Shown: positions 1 through 13,090 of the stretch, in pieces
Numbering within the stretch: position 1 is the stretch's first letter
Layout of the letters: each line of letters opens with the position of its first letter
Assembly: GCA_965153285.1 (NCBI GenBank)
Contig: OZ229111.1
DNA length: 64,000 nt
Strand: one strand, 5' to 3'
Origin: Podarcis tiliguerta
Lineage: Eukaryota
The notes under the pieces: generated by a model
What the model was told of the DNA's origin: nothing
What the model saw: only the letters and a program-made list of their open reading frames with translations
Databases searched by the model: none
Translations under genes and position numbers: made by a program

Positions 1-660
1 CACAAACTTCTGCCTTGTTGTTTCGTTGCTGCACTCCTATAAGGAAGAGTGTATTTTTGTCTCCCAGTTCCATTTCAAGAAAACAGCTACTGATTGTTCT
101 GAATATAACATTGGTTGGTTTAAACTTTGTGAACTTTCTGACCTTCGTTAGAACTATGAGGCATGGAAGTATCTACTGGTAATATTAAGTCATCATGAGA
201 ACGTGCCACTACAAGAAAAACATGTGTAGGAGGTAATCAAAAGATACATATTTCTTTAGATGATTAAGAGTTCCTTGGGTAAATTAAACTCTTGTGGGAC
301 TTCACCTTGGTGGGTGGGAGATCTGAAGCAAATTCCAAGATGTTTACTACCAGTGTTAGCAGGAAAATACCACTAATGAATAAATGTGAGCGTAGTTATG
401 TTTGGCAAAGGCTGCATTTTAACTGGAACATCTAACCTCACATACAGTGCTTAATGTTCTCACATATAAAACATGCCTCAACCAGCTTATTTAACAGGCT
501 CACTGGATAAAGATTTGCAGCTGATAAGAAATGAATTCATAGCTTGGAGAGAGGTCAAAAGCAAGGAACTGAGAGCAATGGCACAAACTGAACAATCAGT
601 ATAGCTGTGGTCTCTGGGGCTTACTCTCAAGTAAGTGTGGATGGGATTATAGACTAACAT

Positions 661-968
661 GAAGAGCATAAGAAGAATCCTGCCAGATCAGAATATAGGT
701 CAATAAGGTCCAGCATTCTGTTCCTTTAAATGCCAATTGGAAGCCCACAAAAGTAAGACATGAGTGCCATAGCACTCTCCCACTTGTGATTGTTAGTAAC
801 TGGTCTCCAGTAGCATACGTTTCTCCAATATTGAAGGTAATATAGCTATCTGGACCAGTAGCAATAGGCAGCCGTATCCTCCAGGAATATGTATAATTCT
901 CTCTTAAAGCCATCCAAGTTGCCAGCTATCATTATCTTGTAGTAGCAAATTCCACAGTTCAACCATAC
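661..968 (-). mobile_element. CR1 LINE 3' fragment (degenerate)
   Basis: Starts with the reverse complement of a CR1 tail (gaagagcataagaagaatcctgccagatcag...gtccagcattctgttc). Continues through ttaaagccatccaagttg...aaattccacagttcaac, collinear with the longer copy at 3436. Confidence 0.8.
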
Positions 969-1455
969 TATTTATTTATTTAGGTACAGTTTTTATCTCT
1001 TCTTCATCAAAATATTCCAGGGTAAGTAACAAAACAACTAATAAATCAACACAGTAAAAACAGATAAAATAATAGTAAAACAAAATATATCGACCACAGC
1101 AGTGACTATCTACTCATTAATTCCCTGGTGCTGAAAAACTATTTCCACATTTGGAGAAGGCTCTATCACATGTCATTGCTCAAAGTACAGACTAGATAAT
1201 ATACCGAGAAATGTTGATTCAGATTCATTTGGGACATTGTGGGTTAACAGCAGCACCATGAATTCAGACTGTAAGCATAGCAGCAACCAGTGGAGCTCCT
1301 TTAAGATTTGTATGATATGTAGCAGTCCCTCTCAATATCTGGAAGCTGCAGTTCAAACCAGTCTAGAATATTTTGAATGACATTCCCACCTAAAGTGCTC
1401 TAGAGTAGTCCATATGGAAGGTAAGCACAGCATGGGTCACCACAGCCTGATTAGC
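969..1455 (-). mobile_element. L2 LINE 3' fragment (degenerate)
   Basis: (TATT)n tail at 969-981. The reverse strand of ~1345-1450 translates to AVVTHAVLTFHMDYSRAL*VGMSFK, matching the L2 ORF2 motif ATVIHALVTSRLDYCNALYVGLPLK. Confidence 0.7.
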
Positions 1456-1800
1456 ACCACAACAGATTTTGCTTCTCTTTGAGGTTTGTAAATAGGGGTT
1501 CCAAAGTCAAAGCTTTGGTTCCACACAGAAACCAAACCAAGCCTCGCTTGACTTTTCCCAGCTCAAGGTAAGACAAGACGGGTCCCTGGCTTATTTTTCA
1601 TGTCTCCAGCCATGTAAGGTGGGAAGGCCTGCCTCCGTCTCCTGGAAGCATCTCAGAGTTGTAGTTTGTAAGGCAACACGCCTGTACTTAGCCAACTGTT
1701 TAGTCATGCAAAGGGATACTGAGCAGACCTGGCTTAAAAAGGAGACTGGTTTGATCACTTATACAACCTCTTCCTCTACATCATCCCATTCTACAATTAT

Positions 1801-1846
1801 AAAATCATAGGCTTGGAAGGGATCCAAAGATGACATCCAGACTAAC
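1801..1846 (-). mobile_element. very short CR1-type 3' tail
   Basis: aaaatcataggcttggaagggatccaaagatgacatccagactaac resembles the tail at 54371 (agaatcatagagttggaagg...gtcatctggtcaacc). Confidence 0.5.
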
Positions 1847-2927
1847 AACCTAATCCTATAACAATGACAAACACTTCAGCCCCCCCCCCCCCCATCCTAT
1901 AAAATTCAAGAAGTAGCTATATCTCTATGGCACAATTCTACTACAAGGCTCAGAAAACCTATAATTCCCTACTCATTTTATACAATTCTGTACTTACTTT
2001 CATAAACTAAAAATACATTTTGATACAGCCATACTGGTTCCTTCCTTATGGAATTATATACTGGAGTATTCCAAATAGGATTATTATGAAAAACAGCACT
2101 TTAGCATCAGAGCAATTTAAATTTTAAAAAATCTTCCACATGATAAAATAATGTCAATGTTCCTTGCTTAACCCCCTACCAGCAAAAAAACAACCTATAC
2201 TGAACCTGATCGTTTTTAACACTTGCCAAATTAAAACATGTGAATTTTGATCAAGTGCAGCTAATCACCCATAATGTCTACGTAACCTTATCGCTTTGCA
2301 AATATATCACAATGTAAATACCTGTAATTCACACACATTGCTGTGCTTTTCACTTTTTTCTCTGTGGCATTTTCTACAAATTTCTATAAATTTCAGTGTT
2401 CTCATTTCTCAAATAAATGCTTCAGCGCATTTTTATTTTAAATAAATCAATGTCAGCAGCCAAGCACCCAGGAGAAACGATACACTAAGCAACTACTGTA
2501 CATATCACAGGGTGGGAAATAACAGTGCAAAAATAGCTGTGCAAAATGCGGTCCTTAGAGAAGGATCCAAATTTATATACTGTTCAGGATGTTAAGCTCT
2601 GGAAGTTTGGTTTGGGCTAGTATATGGATAATCTGGGTCCCAAATCACCAAAGCTTTAAGACTTGTTTATTTATTTTGCTTCCAAGGCATCAGACTGATC
2701 TTTAGTTTTTGTAATGATGGCCAGATTTTTAAAAGATTTTGAGCTTGCACATCTGCTGCTTTTCTCTAATAATGAAATGTCTTGTCCCAGATAATCTCCT
2801 TAGGGTCTGATAATCTTTTTGGAAATATCTTTTAGCAGTTTAGCACACCAAACTTTTGCTTCATGACCAGAAACACTCCATTTCCCAATTATATCAGCAT
2901 CAATTGTCTAATCATTTTGTGCAAAGT

Positions 2928-3011
2928 TGCAACCCTAAGCACTTTTATCATGGAGTAAATTCCATTGAACTGTGCGGAACTTAATTCTGAAAAAACATGC
3001 TTAGGATTGCA
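2928..3011. mobile_element. 84-bp palindromic (hairpin) MITE-like repeat
   Basis: Ends tgcaaccctaagca / tgcttaggattgca (13/14 inverted match). Internal core gagtaa..ccattgaac...gaactta is shared with copies at 5715, 14398-14634 and 19872. Confidence 0.7.
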
Positions 3012-3435
3012 TGCATTGAAGATAAAGCTTCAAAATGCACTTGGCTCTTTGATGAACATAAGTTAAAGCTAAAATCTTCTACAGGTTATGGCAGTACACA
3101 AACTACTCTCCAGTTCTGCACACATCGCTGTTACTCCTTTGGAAGAACTTGGAAAACTATTTCCAATTCCCCACATCAAAAAGAAAACTACTGCTGATCA
3201 ACATTTCATTTAATTAATCTTCACCTGTGAAGTCTCCTATCATCCTGACAACAATGGGGTTTAAAGCAGTTTTTGGTGTAATTATCATGACTACAAGTCA
3301 TACTTAAAAAATTGTCAGAGAGATGTTGGGGTTATCATCCACTGGATGTCGAGATTTCCAATGTCACAGAAGCTGGTATGTGACCGTATTAATAAATTCA
3401 TTCATTCATTCCAATGTTGTTCTTAATTTTGTGAT

Positions 3436-5140
3436 GAACACAATAAAAGCCTGCTGGATCAGGCCAATGGCCCATCTAGTCCAGCATCTGTTTCTCACAT
3501 GGCCAACCAGATGCCTGTTCTGGTTTACAAGCAAGACCTGAACACAACAACACTCACCCCTCTTGCAATATTCAGCAACTGGTTTTCAGAAGCCATTGAA
3601 AGACTAACCCTCCATGAATTTGTCTAATCTTATTTTATAGCCACCCAAGTTGATGATAATCACTGTGTCTCATGGAAGTTCCATAGTTTAACCATGTACT
3701 GCATAAAGAAGCATTCCACACGTATTTGTTTGTTTGTTTAATTTGAATACTGCCCTTCATCTGAAGATCACAAAGAGGTTCAGAACAAGTCCTAGCATAG
3801 TGAGAAGGAGAACAGATTTTCTCTGTCCACTTTCTCTGTGCCATGCATAATTTTATAAACTTTAATGTCACCTCTTACTCACATTTCCTCTAACCTAAAA
3901 AGGCCCAAATGCTGCAACCTTTTCTCACAGGGATGTTGCTCAATCCCTTTGATCATTCTGAACCTTTTCAACTCTACAATATCCTTTTTGAGGTGAGGTG
4001 ACCAGAACTGCACACAAATGTGGTTGTATCATAGATTCATATAAGAGCATTATGATGTCTGCAGTTTTATTTTCAATTCATTTCCTAATGATCCCTAGCA
4101 TGGAATTTGCCTTTTGCATAGCTGCCACACACACTGAGTCGACATCTTCACTGAGTTCTCCACTATGACCCAAAGATCTCTTTCCAGATCAGTCACCAGT
4201 CACCATCAGTTCAAATTTCGACTGTATATGTTTGTTTTGTCCTGACATGCATTATTTTGCACTTGTTTACATTGAAACTGCATTTGACATTTTACCACCT
4301 ATTCACTAAACCTTGAGAGGTCCTTTTGGAGCTCTTCATAATCCCTTTTTGTTTTAATAACTCTGAACAACTAGTATCAGAAACTTGGCCATCTCATTGC
4401 TCACTTCTAATGCTAGATCATTTATGAACAAGTTAGAAAGAACAAGTCCCAGTACTGATCTGTGGGGGACTCCATTATCTACATTTCTCTACTTTGGGAG
4501 CTATCCGTTTATCCCCACTCTCTTATTCCTGCTACTTAACCAACTCTTCTCCTCTTACTCCATGACCACTAAGCTTATGCAGTAGTCTTTGGTGAGGTGC
4601 CTTTTTGAAAGCTGTTTAAAACTCCAAATACACTGTGTTAACTGGATCACCTCTATCTATCCTCTTGACACTCGCGAAGAGCTCTAACAGGACATACAGG
4701 CTCAGCTTCAGCAAGAAATAACCTATATACTTGGTTATATTATCTTTAACAATACTAACCAGGATTGTATTTCCCAGGGTCCCCCCTGGATTCTTTCTAA
4801 AAAATCAGTGTTGCACTGCTACTTTCCCTTTCCTCAGCTATGGAGGCTGATCTGAAGGACAAGTTACGTACAGTCGTAACTCGGGTTGTGATCGCTGCGG
4901 GTTGCGCATTTTCGGTTATGGACGTGCCGAAACCTGGAAGTACCGGAACTTCTGGGTTTCGGCACTAAATTGCACTTTGCGCATGTGCAGAAGTGCCGAA
5001 TCATGTCACGCATGTGCACAGACGCGGCACTGCGGGTGGCGAACGCTGTGGGCTGTGAACGTGCCTCCCGCACGGATCACGTTCGCAACCCACGGTTCCA
5101 CTGTATTTTTATTACAAGACCAGCAATTCGATATCTGAAT
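3436..5140 (-). mobile_element. CR1 LINE, 5'-truncated ~1.5 kb fragment with decayed reverse transcriptase, interrupted by a MITE at 4871-5103
   Basis: CR1 3' tail at 3436 (gcctgctggatcaggccaatggcccatctagtccagcatc). The minus strand of 4414-4473 reads GVPHRSVLGLVLSNLFINDL (RT motif GVPQGSVLGPxLFNLFINDL). ~4575-4660 reads DRGDPVNTVYLEF*TAFKKAPHQRLL (DxxYLDFxKAFDKVPH). Stops, frameshifts and internal deletions are present. Confidence 0.92.
4871..5103. mobile_element. Tc1/mariner-superfamily (pogo/Tigger-like) MITE, 233 bp
   Basis: TA TSD at 4869-4870 and 5104-5105. Imperfect terminal inverted repeats (TIRs) cagtcgtaactcgggttgtga / tcgcaacccacggttccactg. CpG-rich interior with repeated GGTTGCG-like motifs. 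Confidence 0.85.
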
Positions 5141-5242
5141 GAAATAGGTTTAGATGGCAATGACTATCATAAGTAAGGCCTAGTGCCTTCAAATTATTTG
5201 CATGGATTAATAAAGTTACTAGAAATTAGTACAATATTTTCT

Positions 5243-5438
5243 GACAATTTCATTTGCACAATGGCTTCTGCTAGAGCAACAGGGCTTGCTCCCTCTCTTT
5301 CCCCAAAATGGTTTGCTTGGACATTAGGAAATCCCCCAGAACAGTGCGTGGGGAGGAGAGGGGAGATCGTTCCAACTGGCAAGCTGAAAAGTCTGTGCTT
5401 TCAGAACAACTGCCATAATGCTACATTGAATTGCTCCC
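5243..5438. mobile_element. degenerate palindromic MITE-like element
   Basis: Left arm ttctg...gcttgctccctctctttcccc pairs with right arm ggggaggagagggga...gcaagc...cagaa. Ends gacaatttca / ttgaattgctc. Confidence 0.5.
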
Positions 5439-5714
5439 TTTGATTAGAGCTAGTTTGCACTTTATCTTTTCCATGAGTCCACAGTAAATGGCCTCTAAGT
5501 GGTTGATTCTTCAATACCACCTTTCTGAGATGTAGAAAACTGAGGGCTGTTCAGGAGGTGAAGCCTAAGAGCTCAGACAATTCAGTGGGGCCTATAGACA
5601 TTTACTGATTCTCAAGCTAGTTCCTCTTATGGCAGAAGTATTATTACTTGCTTTCTCGTGTGTTCATAGATTTATTGTGTTCATATTGATGAATCTCAGT
5701 CAGAGAGAAAGGAA

Positions 5715-5798
5715 TGCAATCATAAGCACACTCACCACAGAGTGAATCACACAGAACTCAGCGGGATTTACTTCCAAGTTAACATGCTTAGGAGTGCA
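5715..5798. mobile_element. 84-bp palindromic MITE-like repeat (same family as 2928)
   Basis: Ends tgcaatcataagca / tgcttaggagtgca. Same length as, and collinear with, 2928-3011. Confidence 0.7.
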
Positions 5799-6129
5799 CT
5801 GTAAGACTGGAAAGCACACAATGGAAAATAGGGTAGATTTAACCTTAAAGTGGAGAGAAAAGGCTGGGAATACAGACTCTACTGAAAATACCTGGTGGGG
5901 AATGGTCCTTTAGAAAACAGCCCTGACATTTTCCTTCAGCTGGAAACTTTGAGAAAAAGAGGCAAAATCCCTGAGAGGTGTGGTAATATGCATTATTGCT
6001 TAGCTTTCTGGAAAGAGTTTCAGTATTAGCATACTAGTACCATATATTCCTTGAAATGAAGTAACTCCAATATGGAAACTTTCCCAAACCACAAAAGAAA
6101 CCATGACTGAAACAGTTTAAAGAAGCTGC

Positions 6130-6362
6130 TATGGTGGTGAAGCTTTTTGAGCCTGAGGGCTGCATTCTGTCATGGGCAACCTTCCCGGGTTTGCATGCCA
6201 GTGGTGGTTGAGGCCAGAGGCTAAAGTTGGTTGAACACAGGTGTGGCTATATTTGAGCTATGCAAAAGCCAGAAGTGCCCACACTGCCCACATCTCTCCA
6301 CCCATGCAAGCAAGAGGCACTCTCATAGTTCAAGGTCACAAACTAGTCAGGTAAAAGCATCC
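6130..6362 (+). mobile_element. degenerate non-autonomous hAT (Charlie-like) element, left part
   Basis: ggtggtgaagctttttgagcctgagggctgcatt resembles the hAT-Charlie end motif caggggtggggaacctttttcagcccgagggccgcatt. No right TIR or TSD is visible. Confidence 0.45.
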
Positions 6363-7329
6363 CTTTCTCTAAATACGTACAATGCAACTCTGTAATACAC
6401 TGCCTGCCTGCTTCCATTACTTCTAATTCTAGCCTCACAACAAGTAGGCCATAACTTACAGAAGCTTATATGCTACTAAAATTAGTCTCTCAGAGGTGCT
6501 ACTTGACATTAAATAACTGTTATGTGTGTTGCTCAGATGATGCTTTGTCATAACTGAGTAAGAGATGCTATAGCTTAAAGTCACATTCAACTATTATTGT
6601 TTAAACTGTGGAAAAGGCAAATATTGGTTTGTTTTGTACCCTATTGCTATATCTTCATATTTTGCCAATCTTCTCCAACTTCCAGGGGGGAAAAGAAGAT
6701 GAATAGCTGCTGAAATCAGAAATATACACAAAGGAATTAGCAATTACTTAGCCAGAGGATTCTTTTTCCAAATAACTATATTTATTAAGAAAACAAACAT
6801 CTTTTGCCAAGGACTAAGTCTGGAAAAATGTGCGACAAGTAGAAAGAAATCATGAGAAGAAAGTTGGTAGAATAACAGATTCTGCTGATACCTCTGTTGC
6901 ACACAAGATAGAATACATGTTGTAACATGCTCTCCAAGGTCAACCTCTTTTGGTTATGTACATAATGCCACACAAGTAGTTCACAAGCAATAATTATTTT
7001 ATGTCCTGAGGCACTCACAGGCACATCTTTACTACAAATATCTATATTAAGCACAAGCAAAATGTGACTATTATGATATCAAGAGATGCAAACAAGAGGA
7101 ATACTCTCCTGCGACTCTCCTGCCTGTATGAACATGTGCTGTACATTCAAATCATTGTTCAATGTGAGTCCATTTCATGCCATTCCCCAAGCAATAATTT
7201 ATATCTATCTCTTCACAAACATTCATATAAAGACGCACATGATGGTAATTTACACACACATGTCATTCCGGGAATGAGGGAGTACAGCATCCTACAAGGA
7301 AATCCTTATCTGTTTATGTTGATAGACAA

Positions 7330-7365
7330 ACATACATGCATACATACATACATACATGCATACAT
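7330..7365. repeat. (ACAT)n imperfect tetranucleotide microsatellite
   Basis: acatacatgcatacatacatacatacatgcatacat seen directly. Confidence 0.9.
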
Positions 7366-8311
7366 CCCTTCGTCTGTGGAGGTCAGAGTGGTGCATATGA
7401 TCCTTCAAGTTTATTTTCATAAAAGCTGAATAAAAGAGAGTGGTTGGTCCATGGCCACCCATATCTGAGTGAATATTTGAACTTGGGTCTTCCCAATAAA
7501 AGGGCCAAACTAGAAGTTAACTAAATTGGTGACTGTTTAACTTTAACAGCAGCTTCATGAGGGGTGAGATTTTTGTTGCATCTAACCCTCCTCCCTGCAT
7601 TTCCAATCATGATGCCCAAGATATTCAGAAAGGTAAAGGAGACAAGATTGTAACAAATGGTTAAACATTTTCTTTTAAGAAACTGCTGTCACCTGTCTCG
7701 TGGAATAAGGCACTGCACAATTTCTTTTTCTTTTTTGGCAGCAATATGCCTATCAGCACAGTAGCTCTCAGTGGCACAGATCTCAAGGTCTATGTCAGCA
7801 GTTCTTCTCCAGACAGTGCATTAACCTAAAAACCATTCTGTTGTTTGGTTTGGTACATATCAGCCTCACTTGCTGTCATACTACATTATCCTCTTTCCCA
7901 CTCCCTGTTTTTCCTTCACCTTGTCACTAAACTATCACTATAGCCATAGCACTGGGATGAGAACTAGGTTTCCTTTTACCCAGGAAAACCTAAAGGTTTT
8001 GATGTGCTACACTGTACAATTTGTGAAACAAGTATGTAGGCAAGTAACAAACGCTTTAGCAAACAAACCACAATGGTTCTTCTTTGACCGAAGTATTGAA
8101 ATCACCAGCACCTCAGTACTATATTAGTGTCGTATTTTCAAGTAAAGCACGGAAGCGGAACATGTGGTCATTAAGATGTTTTTGGACTTTGTCTCTCATC
8201 TTCCCTTTGTTATTCAGTGGAGTTCAATGTTGAAAGATTTGAGACGGACAAACATACTTCTTCACAAAGTGCAAAGCTAAACCATTTAATTTGCTCCCAC
8301 AGTATGTACTT

Positions 8312-8573
8312 ATGACCATCAATGTGGATGGCTTTAAAAGAGTATGAGACAAATCATTGGAGGATAATGCTATCAGTGACCAGTACTAGCCACAATGGCT
8401 ATGTTCAGAGACAATGGCTATGCCTCTGATACCAGAGGGAAGCACATATGGGAAGAGTGTCATTAGTTCTGTTCTGTGGGTTTCCAACAGGCATTTGAAT
8501 GGCTCATGTGAGAACAGAATGCTGGACTAGATAGGCCTTTGGCCTGAACCTGAAGGCTCTTCTTATGTTCTTA
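8312..8573 (+). mobile_element. CR1 LINE 3' fragment
   Basis: ggatggctttaaaagag...gacaaatcattggaggataa...gtgagaacagaatgctggactagataggcctttggcctga...ctcttcttatgttctta is the reverse complement counterpart of the tails at 661 and 3436. Confidence 0.85.
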
Positions 8574-11500
8574 CTGAAACAAGTTCTTGAAGAAGCCTAA
8601 TATTTCTTATTAAACTCCAAAATCTGACCTCAATTTTTTCTTAAAGAAAAATTTGGTGGAAACCCTAGAAAGGCTACTGGTTTGAAGGAGGAAGCCCTTT
8701 GAAATATACACCATATTAAATACAAATAAAAAGCAAGCAAAAATAATGCTTTGGATGATCATAAATTGGATTTATTACTAAGCAATGAAAATTTGGCTTC
8801 ATTCTTTCTGTTTTTAAGGAATGATAAAAGAGAGCACTTGCTATGTAAGAGGAAAAGCAGATGTTTTATGAGAGATAGCCTGGCTTGAATAATTAATATA
8901 TTTACGATTATAATCTTAAAAGCAATGAAAATGATTAGTCCTAAGTGGGAGGAAGATAAATGGATGTTGGAAGAGCTTCCCAGCACGAAAGTCCCTTCTA
9001 AGGTACTGTGTGCTATCCCTGTGAAAGTGTATTTTGTTTCAGCTGCAAACCACTTAGAAAGATGTCTGTGCTTGAACTGATGGGCAGGGGAACAATAGTT
9101 GACAATTGTTTTTCCCATACAGTGTTTGATGAGCTTCATTTTTCACGGTATCTGTGCTACATCTACATTTCTCACAGCTGTAACTAACAACAAGAAAGCA
9201 GTAAGGGAGGAACTAAACCGATTTGCCTATTCTCTTAATTAGCTAGATGCGCAATCTCTTACAGAAAATTGCCGGGCACATCACTTCTCTATGCTTTAAA
9301 CTGACGTTGGCCTATGCATGAAATATTCAACTCAAAGTTATCTGCCTTGGAACTTTTAGAGCTACAGCCAGCCCAGTCACTTGCCTCAATTATGATACAT
9401 GTTTTACTAGCTTTTCTGCTTTCTGTAGCTATGGAGGCAAGGGATGGAAATTACTCTACCTCAGCCCTGATCTTTGAAACTGAGAAAGTTTTAGTTTGAA
9501 TGATCACTTTTGCTTAGCAACAAACCTAAGTCCTTAAATTTATTTGCATTATCTACGGTTAGATCTACAACATACAAAATACTACTAAAGAAGAGAGTTC
9601 CCCTGAGAATGTGTAATGTGCCTTTGCATCAACACTGACTAAAACCACAGCTAATTTCTATATACTTGGAATTAAGACAAAGAACTTCCAAGTTGGAGAA
9701 CTGAAGACCAATACTTGCTGTTTGCATGGACAAGCCAACTATCATTTAAAATTCATGCATTTGAAAATCAGGACCAAGGAAGCTTCAGGAGTTTATGCTA
9801 AAGTTTAATAAATCAGAATGTGCCAGGGGAGGGTATACTCCGCACAATCCCCTGTTCTCCTGTCATCACAAACTTATTTCTTACTAGCTAATATTCCAGA
9901 GTTTGTACTTTGAAGAACAAAACAGAAAACCAACACCCCACAAATTGAAGTACCTTTTCCACAATTGTACCCAATACACTTTAACAAAAACAAAAACATT
10001 TTCATCATTCCTCATTTTCATCAGAGTGCAATAACTTTAAAATGTTTTTGCTCGCTGAATTGGGTTATTTTTAACTTACTGAAATGTAGATTTATTACTG
10101 AAAGTAACAGAAGTAGTTAAATCTTAAAAAACCAGAATCTTAACAAAAAGACTATCCCAGTTGTTCTTGCTGCAAAACACTTAACACTGCAAAAAAGAAT
10201 AGTGTGGGGTTTTTTTAAAATGACAATCCCCTCTAAGATAATTGCTGATGCATTTGGGTGAATCTGTATATAGCCTGTTTGTGCAAACCAATTCTTCTAA
10301 ATAAATTGGACTGCATTACAGGAATTACTTGCCAGAGGTTAAAAAACAAAAACACAAACCTTACCATTTTATTTCTAGCCTGCTAAAAGACAATTACCAA
10401 ACTTGTAAACTTCTTTAAAAATGCTAGCCATTTATCTTCATCTAGGGCAAATATAACAAGTCACAAAGATGGAATTCCTCAGCTGGCTCCATTGAAAGAT
10501 GGGTTTATTTTCAGCAGCATTTGGTTCATCAGTTTTTGAACTGCATCTGAAATGTTATGGGGGTGAAGCACTGAGGGAATTCTATTTAGATTTATCTCTA
10601 TTGGTAAAATAGGGCTTTTGACTTAGATTGTTCTCACAGAGTCATTTTGGTAAAGTTTCCATCTCAGCAAGATAAATGTCAAAAAAAGATAGGGTGACTG
10701 ACAATTTTATAATTGTGGTAGAATTTTGTTAAAAGAACACAGGCAAAGAACACACTGTTTGTCACTACTACAGCTTTTTACCAGAGTTTGGTCAGTGTGG
10801 TTACAGTCAGCCCATTGATATTTGCACCCAACTTTCACGAGAGCATGGCTATGTCGTTATCATCTCAATTAATTACATTCACAGGATCCAAATTACCACT
10901 TCAGCATCATTTAAACCTTTGGACTGCAACAGACAAAGAATGGAGTGTGCAACCAAGCATCTACTGAATCTGCTGATATACTTCACTGTGTGTGGAACCT
11001 TTTCCATATTTACGACCAAACTTGACATGATCCAAAAGATCCATCAATAGATTGTCCCATCGTTTTTATTTTTGAAACTACTTTTAACTAGAAAAATGAC
11101 CAATCCTCCTCCCCAGTGCCACATCTTGATCTGAATATGCTCCCCACACATATGGTCGCTATCTATTGTCCATATAAACTTAGCTGATCTGGTGGGAGAA
11201 CCCAGATGTTCAAGATCTTCCCCATTAACACCAATGGCACAAGCTTCAAGGCTCCCATGGAACTTAAGGTTGGAAATTACAATACACACAACACAGTTAT
11301 AATACAGCTGCACTGTTTTGTTAGGTGTAAGTACTCATAGCTCTGCAAACCAATTTATTCAGACCAAGAGAACATTGCTGAACGTATAGCTTACTTTCTT
11401 TTAATAGAACAGCCATAAAGGCCCAAGTTGTACTATACAATGGTCTTCCTTCTTCTGACACAAGTTTTATTTACTGCACTGCCCACAACACTGGCTTCAC

Positions 11501-13090
11501 AAGGAAATAGCATGTTTTCCAATTACAGCTCTCTTTCCCGCATATAATGAAACTATCTAATTTAAAAGCTACCATCTCAGGGCAAAAACCTCCCATTTAT
11601 TTATTCATAAATACTATTGATACTTATACTGCCATATGAATAATTGATAGTCACAGAGAAAAAGAGGTGAAAACAAGACACGTTTAAGAGTGCTGACAGG
11701 AGTGTTATGCCCCCAATACCTGAGGGAATTTATTCAAAGTTCAAAGCTATTTTGGTCTTGCCACATTTTAAGAACATCAAGAACATCAATTTTAAACATG
11801 AAGTAACAGAATATTCACACTATTTGTTAACTACCGTATCTCAGAAAAACTATTCACCTGTGTTCTGTTTCTTTTAAAATAATAATTTAACTTATTTCCC
11901 ACAGCCTCATAAAAGCATGATGGGGTTTGTGTGTTTGGTGGGGTGGGGGAAAGGTAATCCATAATTAACACACGAGAAAGGAATGTGCTATGGAGAGCAG
12001 GGAAGAAGGAAACCCTGGCTCTTCCAGTATAAGTTGAAAGGATTTAAAGGTTGCTCGAGATTCATGTTAGAGTGATTTCATGATACATATCTGTTTACAA
12101 GCTAAGAAATCAGACACCTTACATTAATACACTAACTACTGAATATTTGTTAAAAACCACACCATCAAAGGTTTCTGTCACATCACTTTGTGAGAACTTT
12201 GCAGGCCCAACGTTTGTTTATCATTCAGCTCAAATCTCATCCTTAATTGCAAATATTTATTATTTAACAACATTCTTCTGGTATCATAAAATAAGCGTAT
12301 TTTTGGTATAAAACCTATTTGAAAGGTAGATGTAGGCATCCTGTGTGAAAATAACAGTCAAATTGTCAGAAAATAGAAGCCGATTGTTAGGAAACATGTT
12401 CAGGTATCATTAGTTGCTGTACGGCACCCCCCTACTTTTCAAGCTAGCCATATAGTTTGAAAAACTACGGGAGAACATGTCGAGCTGATCGGCAGATGCA
12501 GCGGGAAAACAGTCTATTAGCAATTACTATAGATGCAAAATCAACACAGTGAAAGGAAGTGCCAGGTGTAATTACCTCTAGATGCTACCAGTATTTTTGG
12601 TTTCACTACCAGGGGAAAAAATGAATTGATCAAAACAAACTCATGTAAATCAAAGGTTTGTTTTGTATTCAAACTAATTCAGTGTTTCATTTTTGTTGTT
12701 TTGTTTTCCCCTGTAACATACAATAGTTGGTAGTTTACGACAAAATCGCCTTCCTAGTCTTTTGGTTGCTAACAGAATACTGAAAGTGAGACCTGAAAAT
12801 ACGCCCTAATAACATAATCTATAATTTTAATGGTTTGGGGCACCAGTGGCTCTAGCTGAGGTTTGCATTCTTCTTTAAATGTTTCCTGAGTGACTGCATG
12901 CATAATTGTGGGCAGACATGAGTGGAAGACGTCAGCAATGGGCAGACAATTAAACAGGCTAATGACATCTTACATTTCCCCCCTTTGCCAGTTGTTTATA
13001 TATATTGTTTTTTTAAAATCCAAAACAAACAAACAAAAATAGACAGATGTACATCTTGTAATTACTAAGAGAAAATAATGAGTTTAAGGG

